Positions 63,047-64,000 of a stretch of 64,000 bases of DNA are shown here, one piece after another (within the stretch, counting starts at the first letter, position 1; every line of letters begins with the position of its first letter). The notes under the pieces are model-generated. The model was not told the origin of the DNA. It saw nothing but the letters and a program-made list of their open reading frames with translations, and searched no databases. The position numbers were made by a program, and so were the translations under genes. The DNA is from Phaeosaccion multiseriatum. Lineage: Eukaryota; Protista; Ochrophyta, other classes. The stretch covers positions 1 to 64,000 of the forward strand of contig CBCOSG010000001.1 in the NCBI GenBank assembly GCA_965112735.1. Reading direction: 5' to 3'.

Positions 63047-63409
63047 TTAAAAAACTTCACAAATCAAACTACCTCCACTGCCTAAGCTTCGCGCAGTAGA
63101 CTCACTTATAATTCCATAAGGCGTACTTAAGATAACTAAGGAGGTTTGGCTACGTCGTGTCCATCGGTGGCAAGAAGTGGGGCGAGAGGAAAAAAAGATA
63201 GAGCCGATTACACTTCTGCCTTGTACGTACTTTAGTAAAATTTTGACTCGAGAACAGGTTTCTTGAGTATAACCCCGCAAAAATCCGTATTGCCACAGTA
63301 CGTCTAGGACTCGAAGACCGGCTTTAGTGGGTACGCAAACAACGCTAGATTTTTTATTTCGATAAGATTGATCTAAAATCTGTAGCATGGGTTGAATTCC
63401 TGCTTTCAT
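63047..63409 (-). CDS. rps8: ribosomal protein S8 (wrap-around copy)
   Basis: Identical to 6987..7349. Confidence 0.92.
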   Translation of the reverse strand: MKAGIQPMLQILDQSYRNKKSSVVCVPTKAGLRVLDVLWQYGFLRGYTQETCSRVKILLKYVQGRSVIGSIFFSSRPTSCHRWTRRSQTSLVILSTPYGIISESTARSLGSGGSLICEVF

Positions 63410-63430
63410 AAGGGTTTAGTAAACAAAATT

Positions 63431-64000
63431 TTAAGACAAAATAGAATTCTTAAAACTTCGACTCAGTTGTTCGCACAAAAACTGATTGGCTTGAACATCC
63501 TCTTTGGACCGTCCAAGACTTAAAAGAATTGCTCCCATCATACTTACAAGTAGCAACATTCCTGTAACTAACAAGTCCTCTATGTGATCCGTATATAAGC
63601 TAAGCCCTATATTTTGAGGACTCGTTATAGAATCTCCCTTTAGATAAGTGGAAAATATTTGAGTATACCAAACTTCTTCTAAACTCCAAAGAAAATCTCC
63701 TACTAAAAGTCCAAGTCCTAGAAGGCCTAAAATTAACAGAGTATTGGATGGATTGCTTTCATACTTAGACACTTTTAAATCAAGCATCATAACTACAAAT
63801 AGAAATAAAATAGAGATCGCCCCTACATAGACAATAAGACTAACGTAGGTAAGAAAGTCTGCATGAAAAAGTAAGCACAAACCTCCTACATTAAGAAACA
63901 CTCCAATTAACAGCAGTACAGCATATACCGGATTTTTCCCACTTACTAGGAAGTACGCCGAATTTAGGGCATTGAAAGAAAAGCCTAGTATCATAAGACT
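63431..64000 (-). CDS. nad6: NADH dehydrogenase subunit 6, intact frame, 5' end cut by the window edge
   Basis: Continuous ORF including NIGLSLYT and LLLVSMMGAILL. Confidence 0.96.
   Translation of the reverse strand, partial: SLMILGFSFNALNSAYFLVSGKNPVYAVLLLIGVFLNVGGLCLLFHADFLTYVSLIVYVGAISILFLFVVMMLDLKVSKYESNPSNTLLILGLLGLGLLVGDFLWSLEEVWYTQIFSTYLKGDSITSPQNIGLSLYTDHIEDLLVTGMLLLVSMMGAILLSLGRSKEDVQANQFLCEQLSRSFKNSILS

Overview
Complete, intron-free mitochondrial genome of a stramenopile, most likely an ochrophyte alga. Evidence: standard genetic code, 25 tRNA genes with no trnT, no atp1, split nad11 and two rpl10-like ORFs. The window wraps around the genome map: position 56061 restarts position 1. 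The unit is 56,060 bp, or about 55,946 bp if a 114-bp noisy duplication in the first nad6 copy is an assembly artefact. Architecture: a 25.0-kb single-copy region (437-25476) plus a 15,492-bp inverted repeat (25477-40968 / 41005-56496) whose arms are separated by only 36 bp that fold into an imperfect hairpin, as expected for a hairpin-ended linear molecule or its replication junction. Main oddities: (1) two paralogous structured elements with an invariant scaffold GGTGATGCC-N14-CCGTGGCATT and a variable 14-nt loop, each directly upstream of trnR(ucg) or of a tRNA-like element derived from it; (2) nad11 split into an Fe-S half fused to a novel hydrophobic tail and an unannotated, decayed C-terminal half; (3) two families of duplicated, conserved membrane-protein ORFs, one partly chimeric; (4) single-base homopolymer frameshifts at TAG in nad5 and orf286; (5) substitutions at near-universal SSU rRNA positions together with several non-AUG starts; (6) many duplication-and-decay footprints. 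All alignments and foldings were done by eye.
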